Shown piece by piece: positions 9,125 to 21,400 of a stretch of 48,026 bases of DNA (position 1 is the stretch's first letter; each line of letters starts with the position of its first letter). Both the position numbers and the translations under genes were made by a program. Below the pieces are notes generated by a model. That model was not told the origin of the DNA, ran no database searches, and was given only the letters and a program-made list of their open reading frames with translations. Source of the DNA: an uncultured Bdellovibrionales bacterium (GTDB taxonomy: Bacteria; Myxococcota; XYA12-FULL-58-9; CAYHNK01); the NCBI GenBank assembly GCA_964357695.1, contig CAYHNK010000003.1, positions 1 to 48,026 of the forward strand, read 5' to 3'.

Positions 9125-10558
9125 CTAGAAGTTGAACGACGACTCGACGCCAAAATCCCACGAGTCGGTCGACACATACGCCGCCGGCGTCGCTTCCGGA
9201 TCGAGCACCCAGCGACGGGTGAAGCGCCCGACGAGGTAGACGTATGAGATGAGCTGGTAGCGTCCTTCGGCCACCGCCATCGAGCGGCTGTCCTTCTTGA
9301 AGAGATCGTTCAAGTCGGTGATGCCGGTGCGCGCGTAGAAGGCCTTGAGCTGGAAGATGTCGAGCGCCGGGACGCTCACAAAGACCTGCAAGTTGCGATT
9401 GGCTGCCGGGTTGTACGCGGCGCTGCTCGAATCGTAGTCTTCGTAGAAGGCGCCCACCTGGAAGATGTTGGCAAAATCGAACGCGAGGTCAGCGTAGTAG
9501 CCGTTGAGTCCAGCGTCGGTGGAGCGGTTGCGGATCTCATGCGCTTTGGTGGGCAAGAGGCCCGTGACCACGTCGGGGGTGCCTTGCAGGTACTGATAGC
9601 GCTCGATCTCGTAGAAGGTGGAGAAGTACATCGGCAGGTAGTTGCCGGCAAAGCGCCGGTACTCGAGCCGCAAGGGAATCGTCAGCGCAAAACCGATGGG
9701 CATCTTGGCCGTGATCAGGGTGCCAAGATGCCAGCCCCAACCCGCCTGCTGGATGAAGTTCAGGTCGGTGTAGGGGACGATGTCGAGGATCGGGCTGTGC
9801 AGCACCTCGGCCTCGAAGTCAAAGCCGTAGATTGTCGCTGCGGTGGTGTCGGTCACCTCGAGGTTGTCGTCCTCGATCGTGGCGGTGACCACGGTCGGTG
9901 CATTCAGATCGCTGACGACGCTCGCACCGATGGCGAAGATGTTCAGGAGCGAATCGGCGTCGATGAGCGCGTAGGGCTTGAAGTAGGCGCGCGCACCGAA
10001 GAGGCGCGAGTCGGGGCTCTGGCGATCATAGACCGTGCCGAAGTCACCAATAACCGTCTCGATGCCGCCGTACTTGGTATTGATGTCGAACTGTGAGCCG
10101 ACGCGGAACTTGTTGATGTCGAGGTTGTTGATGTAGCGGCCCATGATGGTGCCGTGACCGAGGGCCGCCGCGAGCTCGCCGACGCGCAGGTAGAAGTCAT
10201 CGCGCTTGTGGCCGAGACGGACGTAGCGGATGACCTTGATGTAGTCCGCCGGCTGATCCCAATCCTCGTAGCGAATGAGGCCGTAGTAGTCATTTGTCGC
10301 CTGCGGGTCGCGATCCCAGGCGCGCAGGTTCAAGGGGATTTGGAAGCCCACGCCCACCTTGCCGAGGTTCAGCTCACTCTTGAGCACGAGCTTGAGGTAA
10401 TAATCCTCTTGGATTTGCCCCACGCCGAGCTGCGCTCCGGCGCTGCTTTGCGGCGGCAGCAGGCCGGCGAAACGCTCCTCGCCCGGGATGGGCTCCATGG
10501 CCATCGCCGAGCCGGCAAGAATCAGGGTCAAGATGCCAAAAGACAAAGAGCGACGCAT
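9125..10558 (-). CDS. putative outer-membrane beta-barrel protein
   Basis: The internal ATG at 10558 gives MRRSLSFGILTLILAGSAMA (signal peptide) and is preceded by GAGGAGG. The protein has alternating aromatic/Gly-rich strands and a C-terminal ...SSFNF (terminal Phe). The family was not recognised. Confidence 0.6.
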   Translation of the reverse strand: MRRSLSFGILTLILAGSAMAMEPIPGEERFAGLLPPQSSAGAQLGVGQIQEDYYLKLVLKSELNLGKVGVGFQIPLNLRAWDRDPQATNDYYGLIRYEDWDQPADYIKVIRYVRLGHKRDDFYLRVGELAAALGHGTIMGRYINNLDINKFRVGSQFDINTKYGGIETVIGDFGTVYDRQSPDSRLFGARAYFKPYALIDADSLLNIFAIGASVVSDLNAPTVVTATIEDDNLEVTDTTAATIYGFDFEAEVLHSPILDIVPYTDLNFIQQAGWGWHLGTLITAKMPIGFALTIPLRLEYRRFAGNYLPMYFSTFYEIERYQYLQGTPDVVTGLLPTKAHEIRNRSTDAGLNGYYADLAFDFANIFQVGAFYEDYDSSSAAYNPAANRNLQVFVSVPALDIFQLKAFYARTGITDLNDLFKKDSRSMAVAEGRYQLISYVYLVGRFTRRWVLDPEATPAAYVSTDSWDFGVESSFNF

Positions 10559-10838
10559 GCGACCTCCTCGGGTTCGTCGGACAAAGACTGCAAGCGATTG
10601 TATAGACGTCTTGGGGGCGAGAAAAGTTCTGTGTATGCCCGCAATTACGCGACGCATCACTCGCCTTGTGCGGTGGTGGCGTGGTACCCTCGTTGGGTGA
10701 TGTCAGACGCCACTGCCACCAAGGTCGTCACGGTTAGCCGTCGCCGCGAGCAACCTAGGCCAGCGCCAAGTACGATGGCCGAGCGTATCGACGCCGTATG
10801 GTACTTGACTGAGCAGTGCCTCGCCTGGGGCGATCGCT

Positions 10839-11180
10839 ATGCAACAGAACCCAGACTTTGTCGATCTCATACGCGCCTTCAACGCCCAGCGCGTTGAGTA
10901 TCTCATCGTCGGCGCTCCCCTCGATCAAGTCGAGGCGAGAGACTTCGAGGCGCTCGGGACCATCTTTCAGATCGGCGTGGAGCCTGTGCGCATCGACGTC
11001 ATCACCCGCATCGACGGTCTGACGTTCGAAGACGCGTGGGCTGATCGGGTTCCGACAACTTTTGGTCAACAACCGACCGCCGTCTTGTCACGGCGCGCCC
11101 TCATCGCCAACAAGCAGGCAAGCGGTCGGACGCAGGACCTCGCAGACCTCGAAGCACTCGGGGTTGAGGCCGGCGAATAG
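10839..11180 (+). CDS. small nucleotidyltransferase-fold-like protein, apparently internally deleted (possible gene remnant)
   Basis: The N-terminus PDFVDLIRAFNAQRVEYLIVG and the C-terminus NKQASGRTQDLADLEAL resemble (from memory) small DUF6036-type nucleotidyltransferase proteins. The segment that normally carries the GG...H...DxD catalytic region is missing (113 aa). This is the only plus-strand coding between 5.4 and 18.3 kb. Confidence 0.45.
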   Translation: MQQNPDFVDLIRAFNAQRVEYLIVGAPLDQVEARDFEALGTIFQIGVEPVRIDVITRIDGLTFEDAWADRVPTTFGQQPTAVLSRRALIANKQASGRTQDLADLEALGVEAGE

Positions 11181-11220
11181 TGACGGGACGCAACAAAGAA
11201 CAGCAACCGTACGCCCGCAA

Positions 11221-11730
11221 TTACTCGACGACGCACAGCACCGCGCCGCCTTCGACCGCGGCGCCTTCTTTGGCGACGAGCTTGCGCACCGTGCCCGCGC
11301 GCGGCGAGCGCAGCTCATTTTCCATCTTCATGGCTTCGATGACGAGCAGACCCTGACCCTGCTCGACTTGCTGCTCTTCGGCGACGAGCACCGCGACCAC
11401 CTTGCCGGGCATGGGCGAGGTGATGGTCACCGGACCCTCGGGGCCGGCGGCGCTCGCCTGGGCTTGGCGCAGACGCAGGCGTCGCAGATCGAGCACCTCG
11501 GAGCGCACGATGTGACCGCGCACGAGCAGATTCTCGCTGCCGTCGGCGAGCTTCTCGGACTCGATATTGTAGGCCTCGCTACCGTGCAACAGCGACAGCG
11601 TCGTCTCGCCCACTGCTTGCGCATCGACCTCGAGCGTGCGCCCGTCAATTACCACCTGAAAGCGGTTGGCGGCCACTTCGATGATTTCGACCTGGTGCTC
11701 GGCACCATCGACAATGGCGGCGTAATGCAT
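11221..11730 (-). CDS. biotin carboxyl carrier protein subunit of acyl-CoA carboxylase (BT-like + biotinyl domain)
   Basis: C-terminal biotinyl domain ITSPMPGKVVAVLV...LLVIEAMKMENEL with the AMKM biotin-Lys motif. Its start shares 1 nt with the BC stop (TGATG). Confidence 0.85.
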   Translation of the reverse strand: MHYAAIVDGAEHQVEIIEVAANRFQVVIDGRTLEVDAQAVGETTLSLLHGSEAYNIESEKLADGSENLLVRGHIVRSEVLDLRRLRLRQAQASAAGPEGPVTITSPMPGKVVAVLVAEEQQVEQGQGLLVIEAMKMENELRSPRAGTVRKLVAKEGAAVEGGAVLCVVE

Positions 11731-13255
11731 CAGCCACCTCCCCAGCGCTGCCCGCCGCTGCGCCAGCTCGAGCCCTTGACGAGATCGCGCGTGACGAGCT
11801 GACGTGCGGCGCGCGTATCACGACGAAAGGCACTGATCACCGAGGCGGCCACCGCGATGTCATGAATCGTTTCGGAGGGCTCGATGCGCCCAGCTTCGAG
11901 GGCTTCGGCCACCGTGCCGGTGTGATAGTCGCCGCTCTTGAAGGCCTCGAGCTCTAGGAGCTGGCGCAAAAAAGCAGTGTTGGTGGTGATGCCTTTGACC
12001 GCGGTTTCGCCGAGCGCCCGGTGCAGACGGCGCCGCGCCCGTTCACGGTCCTCGGCCCACACGGCAATCTTAGCGATCATGGGATCGTAAAAACGTGGCA
12101 CTTCAAAGCCCGAGTCGACGCCGCAGTCGACGCGTACTCCGGGCCCCTGCGGCAAGACGAGATGCACGATGTGGCCGGGGCAGGGCAAAAATCCCCGCGC
12201 CGGATCTTCGGCGTAAATACGTGCCTCGATGGCGTGACCCTTGCGCGATACTTGCTCCTGTGTCCAGGGCAAAGGCTCACCGCGCGCCACGCGCACCTGT
12301 GCCTCGACGAGATCGACGCCGCAAACGAGCTCGGTCACCGGATGCTCGACCTGCAAACGCGTGTTCATTTCGAGGAAGTAGAAGCTGCCGCTCTGATCGA
12401 GCAAGAACTCCACCGTGCCCGCGCCGGTGTAGGCCACGGCGTCGGCCGCACGACACGCGACTTCTCCCATCTTGTGGCGCAAGGTGTCGTCCAGGGCAGA
12501 GGAGGGCGTCTCTTCGATGATCTTTTGGTGGCGCCGTTGCATCGAGCACTCGCGCTCACCGAGCCAGATGGACTTCCCGTCCGGACCGCCGAAGATCTGC
12601 ATCTCGATGTGGCGCGGCTTGATGATCGCCTTCTCGACGTACACCGTATCGTCGCCGAAGGCGTTCTTCGCTTCCGAGCGCGCGGCACGCAGACCACTCG
12701 TCAGATCTTCGGGCCGCTCGACGATGCGCATGCCCTTGCCACCACCACCAGCGGAGGCCTTGAGCAGGATAGGGTAGCCGAGCTTGGCGGCCACGCGACG
12801 CGCGTCGTCTTCAGAGGCGACCGAGCCCTCAGACCCGGGCACGCACGGTACGCCTGCGGCGATCACTGCCTCGCGCGCGCGCGTCTTGGAGCCCATGACC
12901 TGCATCGCTTCGGGCGACGGGCCAATGAAGATGAGGCCGGCTTTGCCGACCGCGCTCGCAAAGGCGGCGTTCTCCGAGAGAAAGCCGTAACCGGGATGGA
13001 TCGCGTCCACTTCGGCGCGTTTGGCAATATCGAGCAGCTTGTCGGCGCGCAGGTAGCTCTCGGAGGCGGGGCCGGGGCCGATGAGAAAAGCCTGATCGGC
13101 GCTGCGCACGTGCGGCGCGATGCGATCGACCTCGGAGTAAACGGCGACAGTCTCGATGCCCATCTCGCGCAGCGTGCGGGCGATACGCACGGCGATTTCG
13201 CCACGGTTGGCGATCAGCACGCGACGAATGGGGCGCTGTTGAATCACGGGTGTTT

Positions 13256-13259
<4 letters not shown>
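11730..13259 (-). CDS. biotin carboxylase subunit of acyl-CoA carboxylase
   Basis: 509 aa. It has [16 protein letters not shown], an ATP-grasp glycine loop ([13 protein letters not shown]) and [16 protein letters not shown]. There is a 4-nt overlap with the upstream carboxyltransferase gene. Confidence 0.95.
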
Positions 13260-14797
<1,538 letters not shown>

Positions 14798-14864
14798 CCA
14801 CGCGCCTCGCGACGTTGGTTGGAGGTGAGGTCTTCTAGCGACCGGCGCCGCGAGGGTCAAGCTG

Positions 14865-17800
14865 CTACGCCAACCGGTAAGCCTGCCGCCGGCCCTGGCG
14901 CACGATCTCGACGAGCCCGCTCTTGACGAGCACACCGATTTCGCGTCGCGTGGCCGTGCGAGGTAGCGTGAACTTCTCCTCGATGGCCTGCACCGGTACG
15001 GTGCCATAGCGCCGCAGCAGCTTGAGGACCTTTTGCTGTGTGGTCGTCAGATCTCGCGTCGCGAACGCCTGGGGTACCACGAGCACGAACGTAGCGGGCA
15101 GGGTCAGCCACACTTGCTTCGCGTCGCTCTCGACGCGTACGCCGCCAAAGCGCCGCAAGGTCGCGCGCAACTGGGACACCGCGGCCGTCACTTCCTTTTG
15201 CGGCTTGTCATCTTCGGGCGGCTTGCCGAGCACAATCTCGGCGGCTTGTGCGTAGGGGAGCGGCTGCGGGTGACTGGCCACCAACTCTTGAAACAGCGGC
15301 ATGGCCTCGACGCCCTCGAGCTGCACGGGCTTGCCGTCGCTATGGAAACGCCCACGGAGCAAATCGACAAAGGCGCTCGTGCTACTCGCGTCGAGCCACG
15401 CGACACGCTCGGTGCCGAGCACGTTGCTCTTGGTGCCCGAGACCATCACGCTACAACGCTCTTGTGGCGGCATGGCCAGCTGCTCGAGGCTGTGCAGCGC
15501 CATCTCCTGCTGACTCTCCGGCAAGCGCCGCAGCGCCTTGACCCAGTGCTCGCTGCGGCTCGCGACAGCCGCGCGGTCGCCCGCCACCGCGGCCAGTGCT
15601 TCGCCAAAGCGCCACATAAGCGCCATGGTGTGCGGCGAGAACCCCTGCTCGGGCAGCTCACGAAAACAGCGCAGCGCTGCCTCGACGCGCGAGCGACGCA
15701 AGAGAGCGATGCCGGTCAGGGCCACCGCGCGCACGCGCACTTCGCGCAGCTCCAAGCGCTCGGCCTCGTCGCGCACCCGCTGGCCCAGGCGCATCGCCGA
15801 GACCAGATCGCCGGAGACCACCTCGGCACGCAAGAGAAACTCCGAGGCGTGCAGCGAGCCGAGCTCGTCGCCGAGCTTCTTGAGACCTTGTTGCGCTTCT
15901 TTGGCCGCGACGACCGCGCCTTTGGCATCGTCGCCGAGCAGCGCGATGCGACCTTCGATTTCACGGCTGAGCACGAGCACGCGCATGTGTCGGATCTTGC
16001 GCGCGAGGGCGACGGCCTCGCGCGCCCTGGCACGGGCCAGCTCGACATCGCCTTCTTCGAGCGCCGCATGGGCGATGCGATAGAGCGTGAGCGCTTCTTC
16101 GCGCCGGTTGCCCCCGGCAGCAAAGAGCTTGCGTGCTTGCGCGAGCTCCTGCATGGCCTCCTTGACTTCTTTGGCCCGCAGATGGAGCAGCGCGCTCTCG
16201 CGCAAAAACGAGGCGACGCGCGGGGCCGCGGTGCGAGCATCGAGCCGCGCGAGTGCCGCATCCACGATTTCGCGGGCCTTCGGCAGCTCGCCGGTGGCAA
16301 TCAGGGAGCGCACCTGCTGGGCGCGCAGCGTATCGGCGGTAGCGACTTGACCTGCCTCTTCCCACATCTCGACCACGGAGGTGAGCGCCGTGGCGGCGGT
16401 GTCGTGTTGCCCGCGGCCAGCCTCGAGCAGCGCGCGCGCGGCGGCAAGATAGCGGCGCAGACGTCGGCTCGGCGCGAGGCTCATCTCCTTTTCGACCGCG
16501 GCGACCTGCTTGGCGGCGTGGGTGATGTCCCCCACGTCGAGCGCCACCCACGCATCGGCCAGCTCGGCGATTTGCAGCAGATTACGGTCGCCCCACTTCT
16601 CGGCGAGCGTTCGAAAGCGTCCAAAGGCCTCGCGCGCCAGCTCGAACTCGCCGGTTTGCCGATAGAGATCGCCGATAAAGCCCTCGGCAGTCGCCGCATG
16701 ATACAAGTCGCCGGCCTTGCAGAAGTCGGTGACCGCAGCTTGCCCTTCGCGCACCGCATCGGTGAGCCGCCCCGATTGCTCCGCGCTACGTGCGAGCAGG
16801 CGATGCAGCTCGCCGGAAAGCTGTGCCTCCTTCTTGCCGCGCAACCGTGTGAGCAGGCTCTTACCGAGCTGCTCCGCGTCGCCGATGCGGCCAATGCGCA
16901 TCATGGATTCGGCGGCTCGCGTACCCGCGATGAGCAGCTGTCGAGGATCGCGGCTCAGGCGCTTGAGGGCGTCGTAGCTCTTGACCACCTCCGCGTGCGC
17001 GCCGATCTGGGTTTGCACGAAGGTGAGCGCCTCGAGCGCGTGCGTACGGGTCCACATGTCGCGATGGCGGGCAAGCTCGATGAGCTCGTCGCGCACGAGA
17101 TAGGGGCTGCCTTGGCGCATGCGCGCGCGCGCGGAGAGCAGCTTGAGGCGGGCCCCGAGATCGCCCGCGCCGACGATGGAGGCCACCGTCTTGAGATAGG
17201 CCTCAAAGAAACCGAGGTCACGCACCGATTCCCAGCCGACCGAGAGCGTGTCGACGGCGGCGCGCTGCTGACCGGCGTTGGCGAGCAGCTGAGCGGCGCG
17301 GATGAGTCCCACGGGCTCCTGTCGCTTGATGGCACGTTCCTCGATGTGCTTGGCGACCTTCTTGGCGAGCGGCGCGCCAAGTGGCGCAGGCGAGGCAAAA
17401 AACTGCGTCACGAGATCGTGCACGATGATGTCGTCGGCGACCACTTCCACCAGACCCTTGGTGCACAGGCGCGCCACGGCGACGCCGAAGGTCTTACTGG
17501 CAAACGCACGGGACATCGGCACGCCGACGGTGGCGAGACCCTGGAGCGCCGTCTGCTCGGCAGGGGTCAGGCGCGCTTGGACATGGCCGAGCACGACGCG
17601 AAAGGCACTCGCCGAGCGCGCCGATTGTGCATCGAGCAGCTCCTTGGGCGGCAGGTTGTTGCTGCCCGTGGCAAGCAGATAGCGCAGCGTTAGTGGATGG
17701 CCACTTGCGCCCCCGCGGGCGGCGTCAGTGCGCAGTAGGTCGATGGCGGTGGCAGAGAAACGATACTTCCCCGCCAGTCGTGCAACCTCACTCGGCGCCA

Positions 17801-18299
17801 GCGGCCCGAGGCGCTCAAAGTGCAGTCCCATGCGATCGATCGCCGAGAGCCCGAGGTCAATCTGCGACGCGGCAATGACGCGAGCGCGTCCGCGATGTCC
17901 CCGCAGCGCACGCACCATGGCCAAGAGATCTTCGCGCCGCAGACCATCGAGATTGTCGAGCAGCAGGGCGCGCTTGTGCGTGTCGAGTAGGTCGAGCAGA
18001 CGCAAGTACGGATCGCCGGGACGCGTAGCGCCGCCGCCAATCGCCCCCTTGATTTGGGCCTCGATGCGTGCCAGCACCGAGGTGATGCCCTCGCCAGGCG
18101 ACAGCTGGACGTACACCGCGCCGGTATCCCCCACGGCACGTGTCTCTGGCGCGAGCCGCCAGAGCAGGCTACTCTTGCCGATACCGGGACTGCCTTCGTA
18201 GACGAAAAGAGTGAAATGCTCCAGGCGCGCCTTGAAACGGCTGACGTAGTCTTCCCTACCGACGAACTTGCTTGCGGGTGTCGGAAACGCGCTGGGCAT
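14865..18299 (-). CDS. STAND-type P-loop NTPase with TPR-like repeats and C-terminal winged-helix DNA-binding modules (large ATP-dependent regulator)
   Basis: The N-terminus has the FVGRE motif, Walker A ([10 protein letters not shown]) and Walker B (ALLLDNLD). This is followed by about 650 aa of TPR-like helical repeats. The C-terminus has an OmpR-type-like segment (AAEIVLG...[11 protein letters not shown]) and an HTH ([44 protein letters not shown]). The ATG at 18299 is preceded by AGGA; the ORF opens at TTG 18311. Confidence 0.8.
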   Translation of the reverse strand: MPSAFPTPASKFVGREDYVSRFKARLEHFTLFVYEGSPGIGKSSLLWRLAPETRAVGDTGAVYVQLSPGEGITSVLARIEAQIKGAIGGGATRPGDPYLRLLDLLDTHKRALLLDNLDGLRREDLLAMVRALRGHRGRARVIAASQIDLGLSAIDRMGLHFERLGPLAPSEVARLAGKYRFSATAIDLLRTDAARGGASGHPLTLRYLLATGSNNLPPKELLDAQSARSASAFRVVLGHVQARLTPAEQTALQGLATVGVPMSRAFASKTFGVAVARLCTKGLVEVVADDIIVHDLVTQFFASPAPLGAPLAKKVAKHIEERAIKRQEPVGLIRAAQLLANAGQQRAAVDTLSVGWESVRDLGFFEAYLKTVASIVGAGDLGARLKLLSARARMRQGSPYLVRDELIELARHRDMWTRTHALEALTFVQTQIGAHAEVVKSYDALKRLSRDPRQLLIAGTRAAESMMRIGRIGDAEQLGKSLLTRLRGKKEAQLSGELHRLLARSAEQSGRLTDAVREGQAAVTDFCKAGDLYHAATAEGFIGDLYRQTGEFELAREAFGRFRTLAEKWGDRNLLQIAELADAWVALDVGDITHAAKQVAAVEKEMSLAPSRRLRRYLAAARALLEAGRGQHDTAATALTSVVEMWEEAGQVATADTLRAQQVRSLIATGELPKAREIVDAALARLDARTAAPRVASFLRESALLHLRAKEVKEAMQELAQARKLFAAGGNRREEALTLYRIAHAALEEGDVELARARAREAVALARKIRHMRVLVLSREIEGRIALLGDDAKGAVVAAKEAQQGLKKLGDELGSLHASEFLLRAEVVSGDLVSAMRLGQRVRDEAERLELREVRVRAVALTGIALLRRSRVEAALRCFRELPEQGFSPHTMALMWRFGEALAAVAGDRAAVASRSEHWVKALRRLPESQQEMALHSLEQLAMPPQERCSVMVSGTKSNVLGTERVAWLDASSTSAFVDLLRGRFHSDGKPVQLEGVEAMPLFQELVASHPQPLPYAQAAEIVLGKPPEDDKPQKEVTAAVSQLRATLRRFGGVRVESDAKQVWLTLPATFVLVVPQAFATRDLTTTQQKVLKLLRRYGTVPVQAIEEKFTLPRTATRREIGVLVKSGLVEIVRQGRRQAYRLA

Positions 18300-18322
18300 T
18301 TTTCCTGCCAATTTTCAGGACA

Positions 18323-18351
18323 TTGAATGCTCTGTGTTGCACCTCTATTAT
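18323..18351 (+). promoter_or_regulatory. sigma-70-type promoter candidate TTGAAT-N17-TATTAT
   Basis: It reads directly as TTGAAT (18323-18328), a 17-nt spacer, then TATTAT (18346-18351). It lies inside the AT-rich divergent spacer 18300-18432, oriented toward the 18433 gene. Confidence 0.4.
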
Positions 18352-18432
18352 CATTGTCGGGAGCAAATGCAAAACTTTCCACCACCAGGGCCCTAAGAAA
18401 CCGCCTCGTGGATATTAAAATCGTGTATTTTC

Positions 18433-21400
18433 ATGCTCTTAGGTAATCACCAGGCTACCCCCCCCACCTCCGTGCCCAGCCTGGCATCGACGCCACTGGT
18501 GCGCACACTCATGGCGTTGTTGACGCGCCAGCGACGCCACATGTGGTTGCAGGTGGGTCCGGCCGCCATCGGCGTGTTGGCGATCGGCTTCACGTTGGCG
18601 GTGACGAGCGCCCATCTTGGCTGGCTGCTCGTGGCACGGCTATTGCTGCTCGTCTTCGCGATTGCCGGTGCGGCGCTGGCGCTCGCACCCTTGCGGCGGC
18701 GCGTCGGGGGCGCCCTGGGGGGTGCCTACGTTGCGGAGTTGCTCGCCGATGAGCTCGGCAGCGCGGCGCGCTCGGCCGTGGAGCTGTCGGCACGCCTTGA
18801 TGCGGAGACGGGCGCGCCATTTTCGCGCGCGCTGGCGGCGGCGCATATCGAAGTGACCGCCGGGCGGCTCACCGAGCTACCTCTTACCGCACGACTCGAC
18901 GCGCGACATCGGCGGCCCCGGCGCGTGGTGATAGGTGCGCTCGTGGCGACGCTCTTCGTAAGCGCGCTCGTCACGGCGAGCCTGCGACGCGGTCGCGCAC
19001 GCCTGCTCGGCTTTTTGCCGGGGACGACCAGCATGGAACAGAGTGAGCTGCCGCTTGCCGCGGACATGCGCGTGACCTACCGCTATCCAGCGTACACAGG
19101 TCTTGGGACCCGCGTCGTCGAAGGCGGGGACGGCAGCCTCCAGGCCCTCGCAGGGACGCAGGTGACGCTGGAAGCCAGCAGCGACGAGCGCGTGCGCGGC
19201 GCCAGTCTCGAGCTCGTCGACACGGCCGAGAGTCCGGTCGGCAGCGTCGCCGTGGCGGTTGCGGGCGAGCGGCGCCTCCAGGCCACGTTCGTGCTCACGC
19301 GTGACGGTGGTTACCGCATCGCCCTCGTGCATCGGGATGGCGAGCGCGTCATCGAGCGACGGGCGCACCCGATCAGGCTCGTCGCCGATGAAGCGCCACA
19401 GGTCTCGCTCACCGATCCGGCGACCGACGTGGAGCTTCGCGATGACCGCCAGCTCACGATCCGCTGGCGTGCCATCGACGACTTTGGTGTGGGCCCGGTC
19501 AGTCTGGTCGTCGAGCCGGTCGGCGGTGCCGAGTCGCACAAGATCCTGCTGCTGTCCGAGGGGTCCGCCGACAAGACGCGCGAAGGCACCCACCAATGGA
19601 GCGTTGATTCGGTGGCGCTCGGTGAGCAAGAGGCGGCGCGCATCTACGTCGAGGCTTGGGACAACGACACGGTCGGCGGGCCGCACCGGGGCATCTCGTC
19701 GGCGCGCACCGTGACGATCTTTAGCGCGCGGCGCCAGCATGAGCGGCTGCTCGAAGAGCAACGCTTGGTGCTCGATCGTTTGGTGGATCTGCTCGCGCGC
19801 GAGCTGACGACGCCTGCCTGGAGCGCATCGAATGCGGCCGGCGACGTCGCGGCACTCGCGACGCAGCAGCGCCTGCTCGCCGAGATGCAACTGAGCGCCA
19901 GTGTGGTCGCCACCCTCGTCGCAGCGCTGGGACAAGACGAGCTCGCGCAGGCCGCGGTGACGGCCGCCTACGAGAACGTGCTCGAGCACTTGCAGCGCTC
20001 GGTGCGTGAGCGCGTGACGGTGTTGGACTTCGCGCAAACGAGCCCTGAGACGGCACGGCCACAACTTGCCGACCAGCGCGTGCGCGATCGGGGCCTGCTC
20101 GAAGACGACATCATCTACCTCGATGATCTCTTGGCGCTCGAGCGGATCAACGCCATCAAGGAGACGGCCAAGGAGCTGTTGGCGGCACAGCGGGAGCTCC
20201 AGGACTTGCTCGAGCGCTATCGTCAAAGTGGCGATGCGGCGGTGCGCAAGGAGCTCGAGCAACGCATCCGTGACCTGCGCAGCAAGATGACGCAGCTGCT
20301 CGCGCGGATGAGTGAGATTAAACAGCGCCTACCCGGGGAGTATCGCAACATCGAGGCGGCGACGATGATGCGTCTCGACGAGCAGGTGCGACGACTCGAG
20401 CAGATGCTCGGCGAGGGAGATCTCGAAGCCGCCGCCGCGGAGCTGCAATCGCTCGCCAACATGGTCGAGAACATGGTGAGCTCGCTCGACGAGGCGCAGG
20501 CCGAGTACGGCGGTGAGCGCTACGCGGCGATCAAAAAGCAGCTCGATGAGTTTAGCGAGCAATTTCGCCGTCTCGAGAGCGAGCAGCAAGCGCTCACCAA
20601 GCGCAACGAAGATCTCTTGCGCCGCTATCGGGAGCAAGCGCTGAAAGAGAGTGGCGGCGATCTCGCCGATCTCGTCGCCCGTGTCCGTCGCGAGGTGATC
20701 CAGGCGCTCGAGAGCAACGACCAGACGGCCGCGCAAAGCGCCGGGCAGCTCCTGGGGACCGAGCTCACGGAATTGCGTGCGCGGCTGCTCGACATGCAGG
20801 CGCTGCTCGATGGCCGCGACTTTGCCAAGGCACGTGAGATGGGCGCGCAGGCGGCGGCGCGCGGCGAGAGCGTCACGCGGCTGTTCGCCCAAGGCGCGCG
20901 TGGGCCCGTGCGCGCGACCTTCGAGCGAGCGGCGCGTCAAAATGGTCGCACGCGTGCCGCGGTGGAGCGCGCCAACGAGCTGCTCGACAAGCTTTTTCCC
21001 GACCCGAGCGAGGTGCTGTCGCCCGAGCAGATGCAAAAGCTGCGCTCGCTCGGCGGCAAGCAGCGGGACCTGCGAGACCAGGCGGAAGAGCTCGGCGGCA
21101 AGATGGCGGCACTCGCCGAGGAGCTGCCGCTCTTTGGCGGCAGTCCACGAGACAGCCTTGAGCTCGCGCAGGGGGAGATGGGCCAGGCGTCGCTCGCCAT
21201 CGGTGACCACGAGCTCTCGGAGGCCGTCGGTCACGAGCGGCGCGCACTCGACGCGCTGGGGGGCTTGCGCAAAGCGCTGCAACAAGCGGCGAAGCAAGGC
21301 GGTGGCAAGGGCGGCATGCCGTTGCCGTTGGCGCTCGGCGGCCACGGTGGTGGCGGTCGCGGCGACATGAGCCGCGAAGAGGTGGCGATCCCACAGGCCG

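Noticed and set aside
15033-17693. 886-aa ORF on the plus strand, the longest non-called ORF in the window.
   Set aside because: It is antisense to the STAND/TPR gene, which has clear Walker A/B and TPR signatures. The product is Arg/Ala/Gly/Leu/His-rich low complexity with no motifs. Long stop-free antisense frames are expected when the sense strand has near-saturated GC3.
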